Virus record (IMG/VR): IMGVR_UViG_3300045919_000118
Coordinates: 966-64,965 of that record
DNA from: a virus
Lineage: Duplodnaviria > Caudoviricetes
Direction: 5' to 3' (one strand)
Length of the DNA stretch: 64,000 nt
Positions 36,074 to 44,693 of this stretch are shown here, piece after piece. The position numbers were made by a program, and so were the translations under genes. Within the stretch, counting starts at the first letter, position 1; every line of letters begins with the position of its first letter. The notes beneath the pieces are model-generated. The model was not told where the DNA came from, ran no database searches, and saw only the letters and a program-made list of their open reading frames with translations.

Positions 36074-37203
36074 CTGCCCTTACCTTTCGCCAGTTGCATT
36101 TCCAGCTTCATGGCCTCGCCCTGCCAGATGGCAAAGTCGGAGGGGCTGAGGTCCTCACGCAGGACGCTTCGCATGCCGCCGATGTCGTCAGCATGCTTCG
36201 ACGACCGCATGATGTCCAGCGCTCGGGTCAGCTCGGGGGACGGGCCCGTGGCCACTGGTTCCGCCCTGGGAGGCTCCTGGGCTGGCGTTTCCTGCTTTGG
36301 CTCCTCCTGGGCCTGGACGTCGGCTTTCGCCTCTGTAGCCTTGGCTGGTGCCTTGTCCTTGGCCTTCGCAGCCTCCTTCGGCTTGGCGGCATCCTTCGTG
36401 GGGCGTGTTTCAGGGGCTGTCGCCTGGGCGGCAGATTTGAAAATGTCCTCGACCGTGGCGTTCCCGTCCTTGATCGCGTTCAGGACGCCGCGGAGCTGGA
36501 CCAGGTGATCGATGGTCATCTCCTCCAGGGAGGCGATCTCCAGCAGGGTGTAAATCTGCTCTGGGGTGACCCCGTAGATCACGAAGGCCTGGAGGGCGGA
36601 CTGGCGACGGTTGGCCAGGGTCTTGTAGTCTCCGGCCACGACCTGGCGGGCACTGTCGTAGAGGTCGGCCCAGAAGGCCTTGGGCACGCCACGAAGGATG
36701 GCATTGCGGATGGCGATGGACGTACCCGCGGCACCGGCCACGCCGATCATGTCGTCGTTGTACTTCCGGCCCTTGGAGTCCGTGATCCGGCGGCGCACTT
36801 CCATCGCGATGGCGGAGTTGCTCTCCAGGTCGTGGAACATGCCCTGGCAGGTGAGGAACTTGCCGTCGTCATCGACGACCTTGCCACCGACGCGGCAGTT
36901 GCCCCAGGCGGACTGGACGATCTCGGCGAACCGGATGGAGGCTCCCTCGACGACCTTGCCGCCACGCGGGAGGGCGTAGATGCACTCGGCGGCGACGGCC
37001 TCATTCAGGGTGCAGAGCTCCAGGACCTTGTTGCGGAACGCCTTGACCGAGCGCGGGTAGCGCCTGGCCGTGGTGATCTGCATGTTGATCTCGCCTTCGG
37101 TGGCGCTCATGGCCATGCCGTTCTGGCTGAGGCCGACGATCTCGCCGGTCGTCTGGTCGACGACCTCAAGCTGCTGCTGGGATGGGTTGGTGGTGTTGCT
37201 CAT
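36070..37203 (-). CDS. Putative single-strand annealing/recombination protein
   Basis: QITTARRYPRS, Y.LPRGGK.VEG.SIRFAE...WGN, SIAIRNAI...VP; low-complexity C-terminal tail. Confidence 0.6.
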   Translation of the reverse strand: MSNTTNPSQQQLEVVDQTTGEIVGLSQNGMAMSATEGEINMQITTARRYPRSVKAFRNKVLELCTLNEAVAAECIYALPRGGKVVEGASIRFAEIVQSAWGNCRVGGKVVDDDGKFLTCQGMFHDLESNSAIAMEVRRRITDSKGRKYNDDMIGVAGAAGTSIAIRNAILRGVPKAFWADLYDSARQVVAGDYKTLANRRQSALQAFVIYGVTPEQIYTLLEIASLEEMTIDHLVQLRGVLNAIKDGNATVEDIFKSAAQATAPETRPTKDAAKPKEAAKAKDKAPAKATEAKADVQAQEEPKQETPAQEPPRAEPVATGPSPELTRALDIMRSSKHADDIGGMRSVLREDLSPSDFAIWQGEAMKLEMQLAKGKGR

Positions 37204-37205
37204 GG

Positions 37206-37952
37206 TTATCTCGTTGTGATCTGGATGTCTTCGAAGATGGTCACTCCGGCGAGCTCGCGGCCACCGTTGCGGATGTACTGTCGGACAGCACTCTCAATCG
37301 CTTCCTGGGTCAAGTACGGGCGCAGCTTTTCCAGGTCGATTGTTGTGGGGTTCGCGTCCTTGAACGTCCAGACCTTGCGGGTCGACGTGGACGATCCCAG
37401 GTCACCGTGCACGCGGGTTGTGGCGACAGGCTTCGGCGTGGCGACAGGCGGAGGCGGCTCCTTGCCCTTGGCAACAGCCTTCTCGGCTGCCAGGCGCTGC
37501 TTCTCCCGCTCCTTGGCGGCGGCGGCGTCAGCCTTCTCCTGCTTGGCGCGCAGGTAGTCCTTCAGGAGCTTGTCCAGGGCCTGCATGCCTGGGGCCGTGG
37601 CGTCCATGCGCTTGCCCCAGAACTGGTGGATGACCTTGCCAGGCTCATCGAACAGCTTCTTGTCGGAGACCCGGCAGGCATCGGCGGCCTTGTTGGCGGC
37701 GACGAGCTGCTTGCGGATGTCGCTGGCCTTCTCGGCGTCCGTGTCATCGTTCAGCTTCTTGGGCAGGTCCGAGATGGCATCGGTCAGGTCTTGCAGCCGG
37801 TTGATCACCAGGGCGTGGCGCTGGTTCAGCCACTCGGGGATGTTCGGCAGGGCCGCGGTCAGTTGCTGGCCCAGGCCGTCCATGCCGCTCGCGCCGGTCC
37901 TGGAGTTGTGGCCGATGTTCACTTCGCGGCTTTCAAAAAGGTCATCACTCAT
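37206..37952 (-). CDS. Coiled-coil protein of the recombination module
   Basis: IGHN motif, long helix, C-terminal IRNGGRELAGVTIFE; ACGGAG RBS before ATG 37952. Confidence 0.6.
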   Translation of the reverse strand: MSDDLFESREVNIGHNSRTGASGMDGLGQQLTAALPNIPEWLNQRHALVINRLQDLTDAISDLPKKLNDDTDAEKASDIRKQLVAANKAADACRVSDKKLFDEPGKVIHQFWGKRMDATAPGMQALDKLLKDYLRAKQEKADAAAAKEREKQRLAAEKAVAKGKEPPPPVATPKPVATTRVHGDLGSSTSTRKVWTFKDANPTTIDLEKLRPYLTQEAIESAVRQYIRNGGRELAGVTIFEDIQITTR

Positions 37953-38365
37953 TTGGTAGTTCTCCGTTTTCTCTTCAGCACCGGTATCGGTGTCGTCAGG
38001 TGGTCGATAGGCTTCCTGGGCTGAGCCAGGGGTTCGTCGGGATCGCGGGCTTTGGCATAGGCGGAGAGCGATCCCAGGAACTGGAACTCCGCCTTGCTGA
38101 TGGTCCGCTTGGCCACGTAGGTCCAGACGGTTTCTGGATCGGCGGGTTTGCCGTCGACCTCGCATTTCAGGACCTCATCGCTGGCGAGCTCTCCGTTGTC
38201 GTCGAGCGTGAAGTCGTACCAGATGCGAACGGGAACCCAGGGACCACCGCGGACCAGGCGCTGCTTGAAATACCCAGGCTGGGGTTCATGCGTCGGCGGG
38301 AGCGGGTTGGCGCTGGCCTGGCTCTCGTACCAGGCCAAGGCGTTTGGTGTCGGCTTTCTCATCAC
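37949..38365 (-). CDS. Conserved phage protein
   Basis: PQPGYFK.RLVRGGPWVPVRIW motif. Confidence 0.6.
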   Translation of the reverse strand: MMRKPTPNALAWYESQASANPLPPTHEPQPGYFKQRLVRGGPWVPVRIWYDFTLDDNGELASDEVLKCEVDGKPADPETVWTYVAKRTISKAEFQFLGSLSAYAKARDPDEPLAQPRKPIDHLTTPIPVLKRKRRTTK

Positions 38366-38373
38366 ATCCTCTC

Positions 38374-38413
38374 AAAAAAATGGCCCGGCCTCGCTGGTGA
38401 CGCGGCCGGGCCA
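38374..38413 (-). terminator. Intrinsic terminator
   Basis: TGGCCCGGCC...GGCCGGGCCA stem followed by a T-run on the minus strand. Confidence 0.7.
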
Positions 38414-38474
38414 GATGGCCCTGGAAAACGGAGAGGAAACCCAGGGCACATCCCCCCATTGTTATGGTTCGGGG

Positions 38475-38684
38475 TTATACTTTCAACCAGTACATCATGC
38501 TCGTGACCATGAAGGCTGTGAACAGGATGTCAACGACCACGAAGGAGGCCACAATGGCCACATTGGTGGTAGCGAACGTGCGGCGGAAAAGCTCCGGACG
38601 CAGCGTGACCAGCAGGGCGTGCAGGGCCGCGGTGATGGCAACAACGGAGGCCAGGGTGGCCTGCCAGGTAATAAGAGTCAGCAT
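38475..38684 (-). CDS. Small membrane protein
   Basis: 69 aa, two hydrophobic helices. Confidence 0.5.
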   Translation of the reverse strand: MLTLITWQATLASVVAITAALHALLVTLRPELFRRTFATTNVAIVASFVVVDILFTAFMVTSMMYWLKV

Positions 38685-38687
38685 TGG

Positions 38688-38885
38688 TTAACCTTCAAAG
38701 TGGAGTGGGTCGAGGAGTGGGTTGAGGTACTCAATCAAGTACCGGGTGTAGCCGAGGTGCAGCGTGTGGCCCTCGAACTGCATTGTGTCGTCGAGCGTCG
38801 AGCCGCTCTTGAGGGCGTCCTGAAAAGCCTGCCGCAGCTCTTGCAGCTTCGGGAGCGTCCAGTCGATATTCGTCTTGTCGGTCAT
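38688..38885 (-). CDS. Hypothetical protein
   Basis: MTDKTNIDW...FEGHTL..GY..YLIEYL; GGAGG RBS. Confidence 0.55.
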   Translation of the reverse strand: MTDKTNIDWTLPKLQELRQAFQDALKSGSTLDDTMQFEGHTLHLGYTRYLIEYLNPLLDPLHFEG

Positions 38886-39133
38886 TGGGTGACGGCCTCC
38901 ACTTGCGTTCGCGTCACGCCGCGCAGCATGGCGCTGAGGACGTGATGCACCCGGTTGTAAGCCTCGCCCGTGCGGACGAGGGACTTGGGGCCAAGGTAGA
39001 TCGGGCCGAAGCTCAGACGGTCCTCGTGCGACAGGCGCAGGTGGGCTTTGTATAAGCGACCGTCCAGTCGAACCGTGACCAGCCACACCTTTGAATACTC
39101 GGTGGCGATCACGAGGTGCGGAAACCGCTCCAT
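38882..39133 (-). CDS. Hypothetical protein
   Basis: Coupled to the downstream gene; start uncertain. Confidence 0.4.
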   Translation of the reverse strand: MERFPHLVIATEYSKVWLVTVRLDGRLYKAHLRLSHEDRLSFGPIYLGPKSLVRTGEAYNRVHHVLSAMLRGVTRTQVEAVTQ

Positions 39134-39185
39134 GCTTAAGCTCTCTACAGGTGGATGGGGCATTGGTGTTCTCGTCAAAAAAAAT

Positions 39186-39259
39186 TGGAGCGGGCGGAGG
39201 GAATTGAACCCTCTCTAATTGGTTGGAAACCAAGTGTGCTGCCGTAACACTTCGCCCGC
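39186..39259 (-). tRNA. tRNA-Gly (anticodon TCC)
   Basis: Minus strand reads GCGGGCG AA GTGT TACGGC AGCAC A CTTGG TT TCC AA CCAAT TAGA GAGGG TTCAATT CCCTC CGCCCGC T CCA: full cloverleaf, U73, encoded CCA. Confidence 0.92.
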
Positions 39260-39306
39260 ATTTGTTGGAAGCAGAGGCGGGGGAGGGTTGCTCCCCCGCT
39301 TCCTTG

Positions 39307-40374
39307 TTACGCCGCTTCCGAGACGTCGCGCCACTCGCGCTGGTTCAGGTCGATGACCTTCTGGCCGATGGCCTCGATCTCCGTGGCACGGTCGTAGCTC
39401 GCGGCATCTTCAGCCGTGCGCGTGACCGCGTTGTAGAGACCGTACTGGCTCAAGTCGCCGCCTGCGATCAGGTGGCGGAGCACGTTGGCACCTTCACCCT
39501 TCGTCAGGCCGATCTTCTGGCCCAGGACCTCGACGCCCTTGGCGACGTTGCCCGTCACCTGGCGCTCGGTCGTACCCTGGACCTTCTCGATCCAGTCGTT
39601 GAACACGACCGGGTCAAGAGCGGCCTTGAGGTGGTCCCGGAAGGCCAGGACGTCGAAGCGGTCACCCGCTTGCAGCGTCTCGTCCGACAGGAACCGGGTC
39701 TCACCAGCGTCACCCTCGATCTTGCGACCGATGTGCGCCCAGCGCTTGCCGCCCTCGCGGAAGGCACCGTTGGTGCACCAGAGGTACTCAGCCCAGGGGC
39801 TCACGAAGTATGAGCCGTGGCCCACCTCCGAGTTGCCGAAGACCAGACCGCCGCGGACGACATCGCCGACGCGGGCACTCTTGATCTCGCGCTCCAGGCT
39901 GTCGAAGGTGACCTTCACGTAGAGCTTGCGCTCCGTCACTTCGCAGCTACGCACCCGCATGCCCTGGATGTCCATGACCACCGGCAGAGCTGTCTGCAAG
40001 AGGTCGTGGTGGTCCACGCGGCGGAAGCTGTCGCTCAAGAACGCGCGGTTGTCGTTGTCCAAAAGGCGGACCAACCGGCGTTCCGGCTTCGCCTTGAACC
40101 AGTGGTTCAAGTTGTCAGCCAGGAGCTGAGGGGCTTCCTCAGTCATCTTCTCGACGTACTTGGCGGGAATGCCAGTACGCTCGCCCATCTGATTGAGGGC
40201 GATCTGGCGAATTGGGAACTCGCCAGTGTTCTCCACGACCAGGCGCGGGCGGGTATCGCCAGCCTGACCAGGGATAACAGTCAACTGATTGGTGGGGGCA
40301 ATCAGGTCCTGCTTTGCTTCAGCCTGGCGCACAATCTCGGCAGCCAGTTCATTCAGTCCACGACCGTATTTCAT
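39307..40374 (-). CDS. DUF932-like protein
   Basis: GIPAKY, RAFLSD.FR..D, NSEVG.G, CTNG, H.GR, GLYNAVTR.A. Confidence 0.75.
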   Translation of the reverse strand: MKYGRGLNELAAEIVRQAEAKQDLIAPTNQLTVIPGQAGDTRPRLVVENTGEFPIRQIALNQMGERTGIPAKYVEKMTEEAPQLLADNLNHWFKAKPERRLVRLLDNDNRAFLSDSFRRVDHHDLLQTALPVVMDIQGMRVRSCEVTERKLYVKVTFDSLEREIKSARVGDVVRGGLVFGNSEVGHGSYFVSPWAEYLWCTNGAFREGGKRWAHIGRKIEGDAGETRFLSDETLQAGDRFDVLAFRDHLKAALDPVVFNDWIEKVQGTTERQVTGNVAKGVEVLGQKIGLTKGEGANVLRHLIAGGDLSQYGLYNAVTRTAEDAASYDRATEIEAIGQKVIDLNQREWRDVSEAA

Positions 40375-40426
40375 AGTCTAAGTCTCCGTTTAACTGTCAG
40401 AGCCGGTTCGGCCTCTGATGGAGGTG

Positions 40427-40455
40427 TATGTACTGACGGACCGTACAGAGGTCAA
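40427..40455 (-). promoter_or_regulatory. Sigma70-like promoter of the leftward operon
   Basis: TTGACC-17-TACATA on the minus strand; overlaps a TGTAC-N9-GTACA inverted repeat. Confidence 0.6.
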
Positions 40456-40537
40456 GAGGGTCAGGCACATTTTTGTGCTGCAAACCCGCTCAAGGTCGTT
40501 GACCCCAGCAAATCTGCGCTTTATTTTGCGAAGCACC

Positions 40538-40807
40538 ATGACAAACAAACCTCGCAAACCAGAAACAGCCCCCCTGTCTGACAGCCAGGTGGACCTCATC
40601 ATCTTCCTCCTGGGCGGGGTCCGCTCGGCAGCCAAGATCACCGGCATCCCCCCGACGACCATCAGCGGCTGGCGGAAGTTCGGCTTCGTACCGGCGCATC
40701 GGCAGCAGGTGATCCTCGACGCCGCCTGGGCGGCAGGCATCAAGCTGACCCCCGCGCACTTCCTGAAGTGGCCTACCCGTGGTGGTCGTGGGAAAGCTGC
40801 CGCCTAG
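40538..40807 (+). CDS. Cro-like HTH regulator
   Basis: II..LGG....AKITGIPPTTISGWRK.G.VP. Confidence 0.75.
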   Translation: MTNKPRKPETAPLSDSQVDLIIFLLGGVRSAAKITGIPPTTISGWRKFGFVPAHRQQVILDAAWAAGIKLTPAHFLKWPTRGGRGKAAA

Positions 40808-40942
40808 CCATTGACGCTGAGTCTCACGCTGTACGACTCTCTCTCCTGATTCGCCCGCCCTGCCCCGCAGGCGTTTCAGGTGGGGAGCGTACACCAAGCG
40901 CTCGTGCGCTCCCCGCCTTTCCCAGAGGGCGTCGAGAGCAAC

Positions 40943-41584
40943 ATGGCCACCAAGATCAGAGCAGACCGTGACGTCCAGGGTACGTCGCGCAAGAACGCCA
41001 GGGCGAAAGCCGATGCCCAGTTCCAGGCAACGTTCAAGGAGCACGACGAGAACTTCCCGGACGCCGCCCCCGCCACCAAGACCATCGCCGCCAACGTCGC
41101 TACCGAGGCGGACCTGCGCCGCTACTTCGTGCTGATCGCGGCCGAGGAGCGTGACTACGCCAAGGTGCGCGACAAGTGCCGGGCCGAGGTCAAGGACGCC
41201 AAGGCCACCCTGGACAAGCTCTACGCGGACGCCGCCGACATCCTGAAGTCCAGGGGCATCAGCAAGCGGGTCCTGAAGAGCCTGTTCGAGATTTCCAACC
41301 GGGACGAGCAGGAGCTCCGGGACGAGATGGAGGCCACGATCTGGGCCATGCGCGCGGCTGGCATCCCTGTCGGCACGCAGCTCACCTTCTGGTCGAACCC
41401 AATCGAGGACCCGACCGAGGCTTACAACCGGGCCATTCGCCAGGGACGTGAGGCCGGTCTCCAGGGGATCAGCACGACGGAGAACCCGCACCAGGGTCAC
41501 CAGACGTTCGGCCAGGCATGGCTGGAGGGCTGGCACGCTGGCCAGGAGGAGCTGATCCGCGCGTCCCAGGAACCCTCGCAGTGA
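40943..41584 (+). CDS. GapR-like protein with C-terminal RMF-like motif
   Basis: Central K..Y......KSRGIS...LK helix pattern; C-terminal RA..QGREAGLQG....NPH......AWLEGW..G. Confidence 0.5.
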   Translation: MATKIRADRDVQGTSRKNARAKADAQFQATFKEHDENFPDAAPATKTIAANVATEADLRRYFVLIAAEERDYAKVRDKCRAEVKDAKATLDKLYADAADILKSRGISKRVLKSLFEISNRDEQELRDEMEATIWAMRAAGIPVGTQLTFWSNPIEDPTEAYNRAIRQGREAGLQGISTTENPHQGHQTFGQAWLEGWHAGQEELIRASQEPSQ

Positions 41585-42108
41585 GGGTGCTGGCCATAGA
41601 CCCCGGCACCTACGGATTCGGGTGGGCATACGGTGACACCGAAGACGGCAAACAGCCGCTCTTCGGCACCTACCAGCCGGTCCAGGCTGGCCTCGACCTG
41701 GGGCTCCTGATGCGCGACGTCAGGCAGTTCCTCTGGCGCTGGATGGACCCGGTGCGGGAGGAGCCGCGGATCGACTTCGTGGCCTACGAGGCCCCGGTCG
41801 TGGTGCGGTCCAACAACGTCATGACCCTGCGGAAGATGTTCTCAATGGGAGCCCTGATCGAGATGATGGCGCACGACGCCAGGATCGAGGTCGGCGAGAT
41901 CGAGCCTGGGCCGGTGCGGAAGCACTTCCTGGGCAAGGGCAACACGCCCCGCAAAAGCCAGGACATCAAGCAAGCGGTCATGCGCCAGTGCAAGATCATG
42001 GGCTGGCCGGTCTGCACGGACCACGAGGCGGACGCCCTGGCGCTGCTGACCTACGTCCAGGACGTGCGGAGTTCCAAGCTGCGGATGATGATCAGGGAGC
42101 AGGCATGA
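41581..42108 (+). CDS. RuvC-like Holliday junction resolvase
   Basis: VLAIDPG...FGWA, VAYE, VRKHFLGKG, D.EADALA. Confidence 0.8.
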   Translation: MRVLAIDPGTYGFGWAYGDTEDGKQPLFGTYQPVQAGLDLGLLMRDVRQFLWRWMDPVREEPRIDFVAYEAPVVVRSNNVMTLRKMFSMGALIEMMAHDARIEVGEIEPGPVRKHFLGKGNTPRKSQDIKQAVMRQCKIMGWPVCTDHEADALALLTYVQDVRSSKLRMMIREQA

Positions 42109-42593
42109 CCCACTGGACCAGGGAAGAGACTGACATGCTCCGTCGCCTGGCCACGGTCGACAAGCTGACCTCCGGCCAGATCACCAGGCGCTTCGGGGGC
42201 AAGTTCACCAGGTCAGCGGTGATCGGTCGCCTGCGCCGGGAGAACATCGCCCTGGCGCGGGCTCAGGACGAAAAGACCAAGAAGCTCATCGAGCCGACGC
42301 GCCCGGCCCCGCGGATGCGGACCAGGCCAAAGTCCGTGAGCCGCAACCCGATCCCGGAGTTCCGTCCTGCGACCGGCGAGCCGGAACCGCTTGGCCTGCC
42401 TGGGCAGATACCGGACGAGCACGATGCCTGCCGGTGGGTGCATGGCGACCCGTCGATTGGCAGCACCTGGCGGATGTGCGCCCACCCAGCGATCTTCAGG
42501 TCCAGGTTCTGCGATCACCATCATTTCAGGTGCTACACCCAGATCAAGCCGCCCACCCCAGGTGACCGCTACGTTCGCGGGCGGCGCACATGA
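42105..42593 (+). CDS. gcrA: GcrA-like cell-cycle regulator
   Basis: WT.E....LRRL....TSGQI...G..TRSAVIGRLRR N-terminus and CRW.HGDP....C....FCDHH..CY C-terminus. Confidence 0.8.
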   Translation: MTHWTREETDMLRRLATVDKLTSGQITRRFGGKFTRSAVIGRLRRENIALARAQDEKTKKLIEPTRPAPRMRTRPKSVSRNPIPEFRPATGEPEPLGLPGQIPDEHDACRWVHGDPSIGSTWRMCAHPAIFRSRFCDHHHFRCYTQIKPPTPGDRYVRGRRT

Positions 42594-43141
42594 CGGTGTT
42601 CGAGGGGGTGCCGCTGGGCAAGTACGGCGTCATTTTGGCGGACCCTCCCTGGACCTTTCAGACCAGGTCGTCGAAGGGCTTGGGCAAGTCGGCGCAGGCC
42701 CACTACGACTGCATGACCAGGGACGACATCATGGCGATGCCGGTGGCGAGCCTGGGCAAGCGCGACTGTGCGCTGTTCATGTGGGCCACCTGGCCGACGC
42801 TGCCCCAGGCCTTCGACGTCATCGAGGCGTGGGGGTTCGAGTACAAGGGGCTCGCCTGGGAGTGGATCAAGTTCAACAAGGCGACCGGCAAGTACGCCTT
42901 CGGCACCGGCTACGGCACCAGGAAGAACTTGGAGCCCTGCCTGCTGGCGACCAGGGGCTCACCCAAGCGACAGTCGGCATCGGTGAGGGACTTCATCATG
43001 GCCCCGAGACGCGAGCACTCCCGGAAGCCTGACGAGCAGTACGCCCGCATCGAGGCGCTGTTCCCAGGTCCGTACCTTGAGCTCTTCGCGCGTCGAATCG
43101 GTGGGCTGAACTGGAGTGCCTGGGGCAACGAGCTGGAGTGA
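42590..43141 (+). CDS. MT-A70 family adenine methyltransferase
   Basis: YGVILADPPW, LFMWAT, AWGF.Y, REHSRKP, LELFAR, WGNE. Confidence 0.92.
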   Translation: MTVFEGVPLGKYGVILADPPWTFQTRSSKGLGKSAQAHYDCMTRDDIMAMPVASLGKRDCALFMWATWPTLPQAFDVIEAWGFEYKGLAWEWIKFNKATGKYAFGTGYGTRKNLEPCLLATRGSPKRQSASVRDFIMAPRREHSRKPDEQYARIEALFPGPYLELFARRIGGLNWSAWGNELE

Positions 43142-43277
43142 ATTGAGAGGTCGCCCATCGGTTGTAGTCTTGCTCCTGTTGGGGAAAACCGTTCACCATG
43201 TCGATTAATGATTCGACATGGGACGCGGAGTCAGGGGAGTTCTGTACCCTCATTCAGCACAGGAAGTCAGCGCCGAG

Positions 43278-44693
43278 ATGCAAGAGCAAAACACCGAGCG
43301 TGCGAGTGATGATGTTGAGATTGAGCAAGCGATTCTAGGAGGTCTCCTTCTCGACAATGACCGCATTGACGCGGTGGCCGACATCATCCGCGCGGACCAC
43401 TTTTTCGACGGCCTGCACCAGCGCATCTACAGCACTATCGCGGCCCTGGTCCGCCTGAAGAAGACTGCCAGCCCGATGGCGGTCAAGAGCTACCTGAAGA
43501 CCGATCCCGATCTGGCCAAGGTCGACAAGAAGTACCTGGAGACGCTCTGCACGATCTACGTGCCTGGCATGAACCTGGGCGAGCTGGCGAAGCTGGTGAA
43601 GGACGCCGCGGTGCGTCGCGGCCTCGCCAACGTGGGCCGGGAGCTTGTCGCCGCGGCCGAGGGCATGCAGGCCGACATGACCCCCGAGCTCCTGGTCGAG
43701 CTGGCCGAGGACCGGCTCCACACCCTGGTGAGCTCCGACCAGGCGCTGGCTGCGATTGAGAAGATCGAGGACGTCGCCGAGCGGGCTCTGATCCGGACCG
43801 AGAAGGCTTTCCAGGAGCCAGCCAGGGCAGGCATCGCCACCGGCTTCCTGTCCTTCGACCGGACCGTCGGCCGGTTCTCTCCTGGCGACCTGATCGTCCT
43901 GGGCGGGGCCACCAGCATGGGCAAGACCGCCCTGGCCCAGCAGATCACCTGGTTTATCGCCGCCCGTGGGCACCGCTGCATGGTTTTCAGCAAGGAAATG
44001 TCCGCCGAGGATTACGTCGCTCGTCATCTGTCTCAAATCTCCGGTGTATCAACGACTTCGATGGAAGATGGTTCCCTGTCGGAGAATGATATGCAGCGCC
44101 TGGTGCTGGCGAGGCAGAGTTTCCGGGACCTGCCCATCTGGATCGACGCCTCCCCGAACCTCACCGTCGGCCAGATACGCGCCAGGACCCGCCGCCTGCG
44201 CCGCCGCGGTGGTGTCGGCTTCATCCTGATCGACCACCTGCGCTTCATCCAGGCGAACGACCCCAGGGCATTCGAGCGCGACCAGCTCCAGCAGATCACC
44301 AGGGACCTGAAGAGCATGGCCAAGGAACTCGGCGTGCCGGTCCTCCTGGTCGCCCACCTCAACCGTGACAACAAGACCCGTGAGAACAAGCGGCCCACCC
44401 TGTCCGACCTCTATGGGGCCTCTGCCATCGAGCAGAACGCCGACACCGTGCTCTTCGTCCACCGCGACGAATACTGGCTCGAAAAGGAGCGGCCCGGCCC
44501 AGGAGAGGAGAACCAGGACTTCCTCACCGAGCTGAACAGGGTTGCTGGCCAGGCCGACATCATCGTGGCCAAAAGGCGTCGCGGCCCGACGGGGTTTACC
44601 AAGGTCAAATTCAATGCCGAACGGACCCTGTTTTCCGAGGTCGGAGAGGACATGGCGCAGGCATCACTACCACTGAGTAATGGAGGGCAATAA
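43278..44693 (+). CDS. dnaB: Replicative DNA helicase DnaB-like
   Basis: EQAILGGLL, Walker A GATSMGKT, IDHL, LK.MAKEL.VPV, RP.LSDL...AIEQNAD, IVAKRR.GPTG. Confidence 0.93.
   Translation: MQEQNTERASDDVEIEQAILGGLLLDNDRIDAVADIIRADHFFDGLHQRIYSTIAALVRLKKTASPMAVKSYLKTDPDLAKVDKKYLETLCTIYVPGMNLGELAKLVKDAAVRRGLANVGRELVAAAEGMQADMTPELLVELAEDRLHTLVSSDQALAAIEKIEDVAERALIRTEKAFQEPARAGIATGFLSFDRTVGRFSPGDLIVLGGATSMGKTALAQQITWFIAARGHRCMVFSKEMSAEDYVARHLSQISGVSTTSMEDGSLSENDMQRLVLARQSFRDLPIWIDASPNLTVGQIRARTRRLRRRGGVGFILIDHLRFIQANDPRAFERDQLQQITRDLKSMAKELGVPVLLVAHLNRDNKTRENKRPTLSDLYGASAIEQNADTVLFVHRDEYWLEKERPGPGEENQDFLTELNRVAGQADIIVAKRRRGPTGFTKVKFNAERTLFSEVGEDMAQASLPLSNGGQ

Noticed and set aside
37206-38165. 319-aa version of the ORF given in the track
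   Set aside because: The extension overlaps the 37949-38365 gene; the RBS and ATGA coupling support the start at 37952
39186-39259. tRNA as an attachment site marking a prophage boundary
   Set aside because: Phage genes lie on both sides, no duplicated 3' tRNA fragment was noticed and no integrase was recognised
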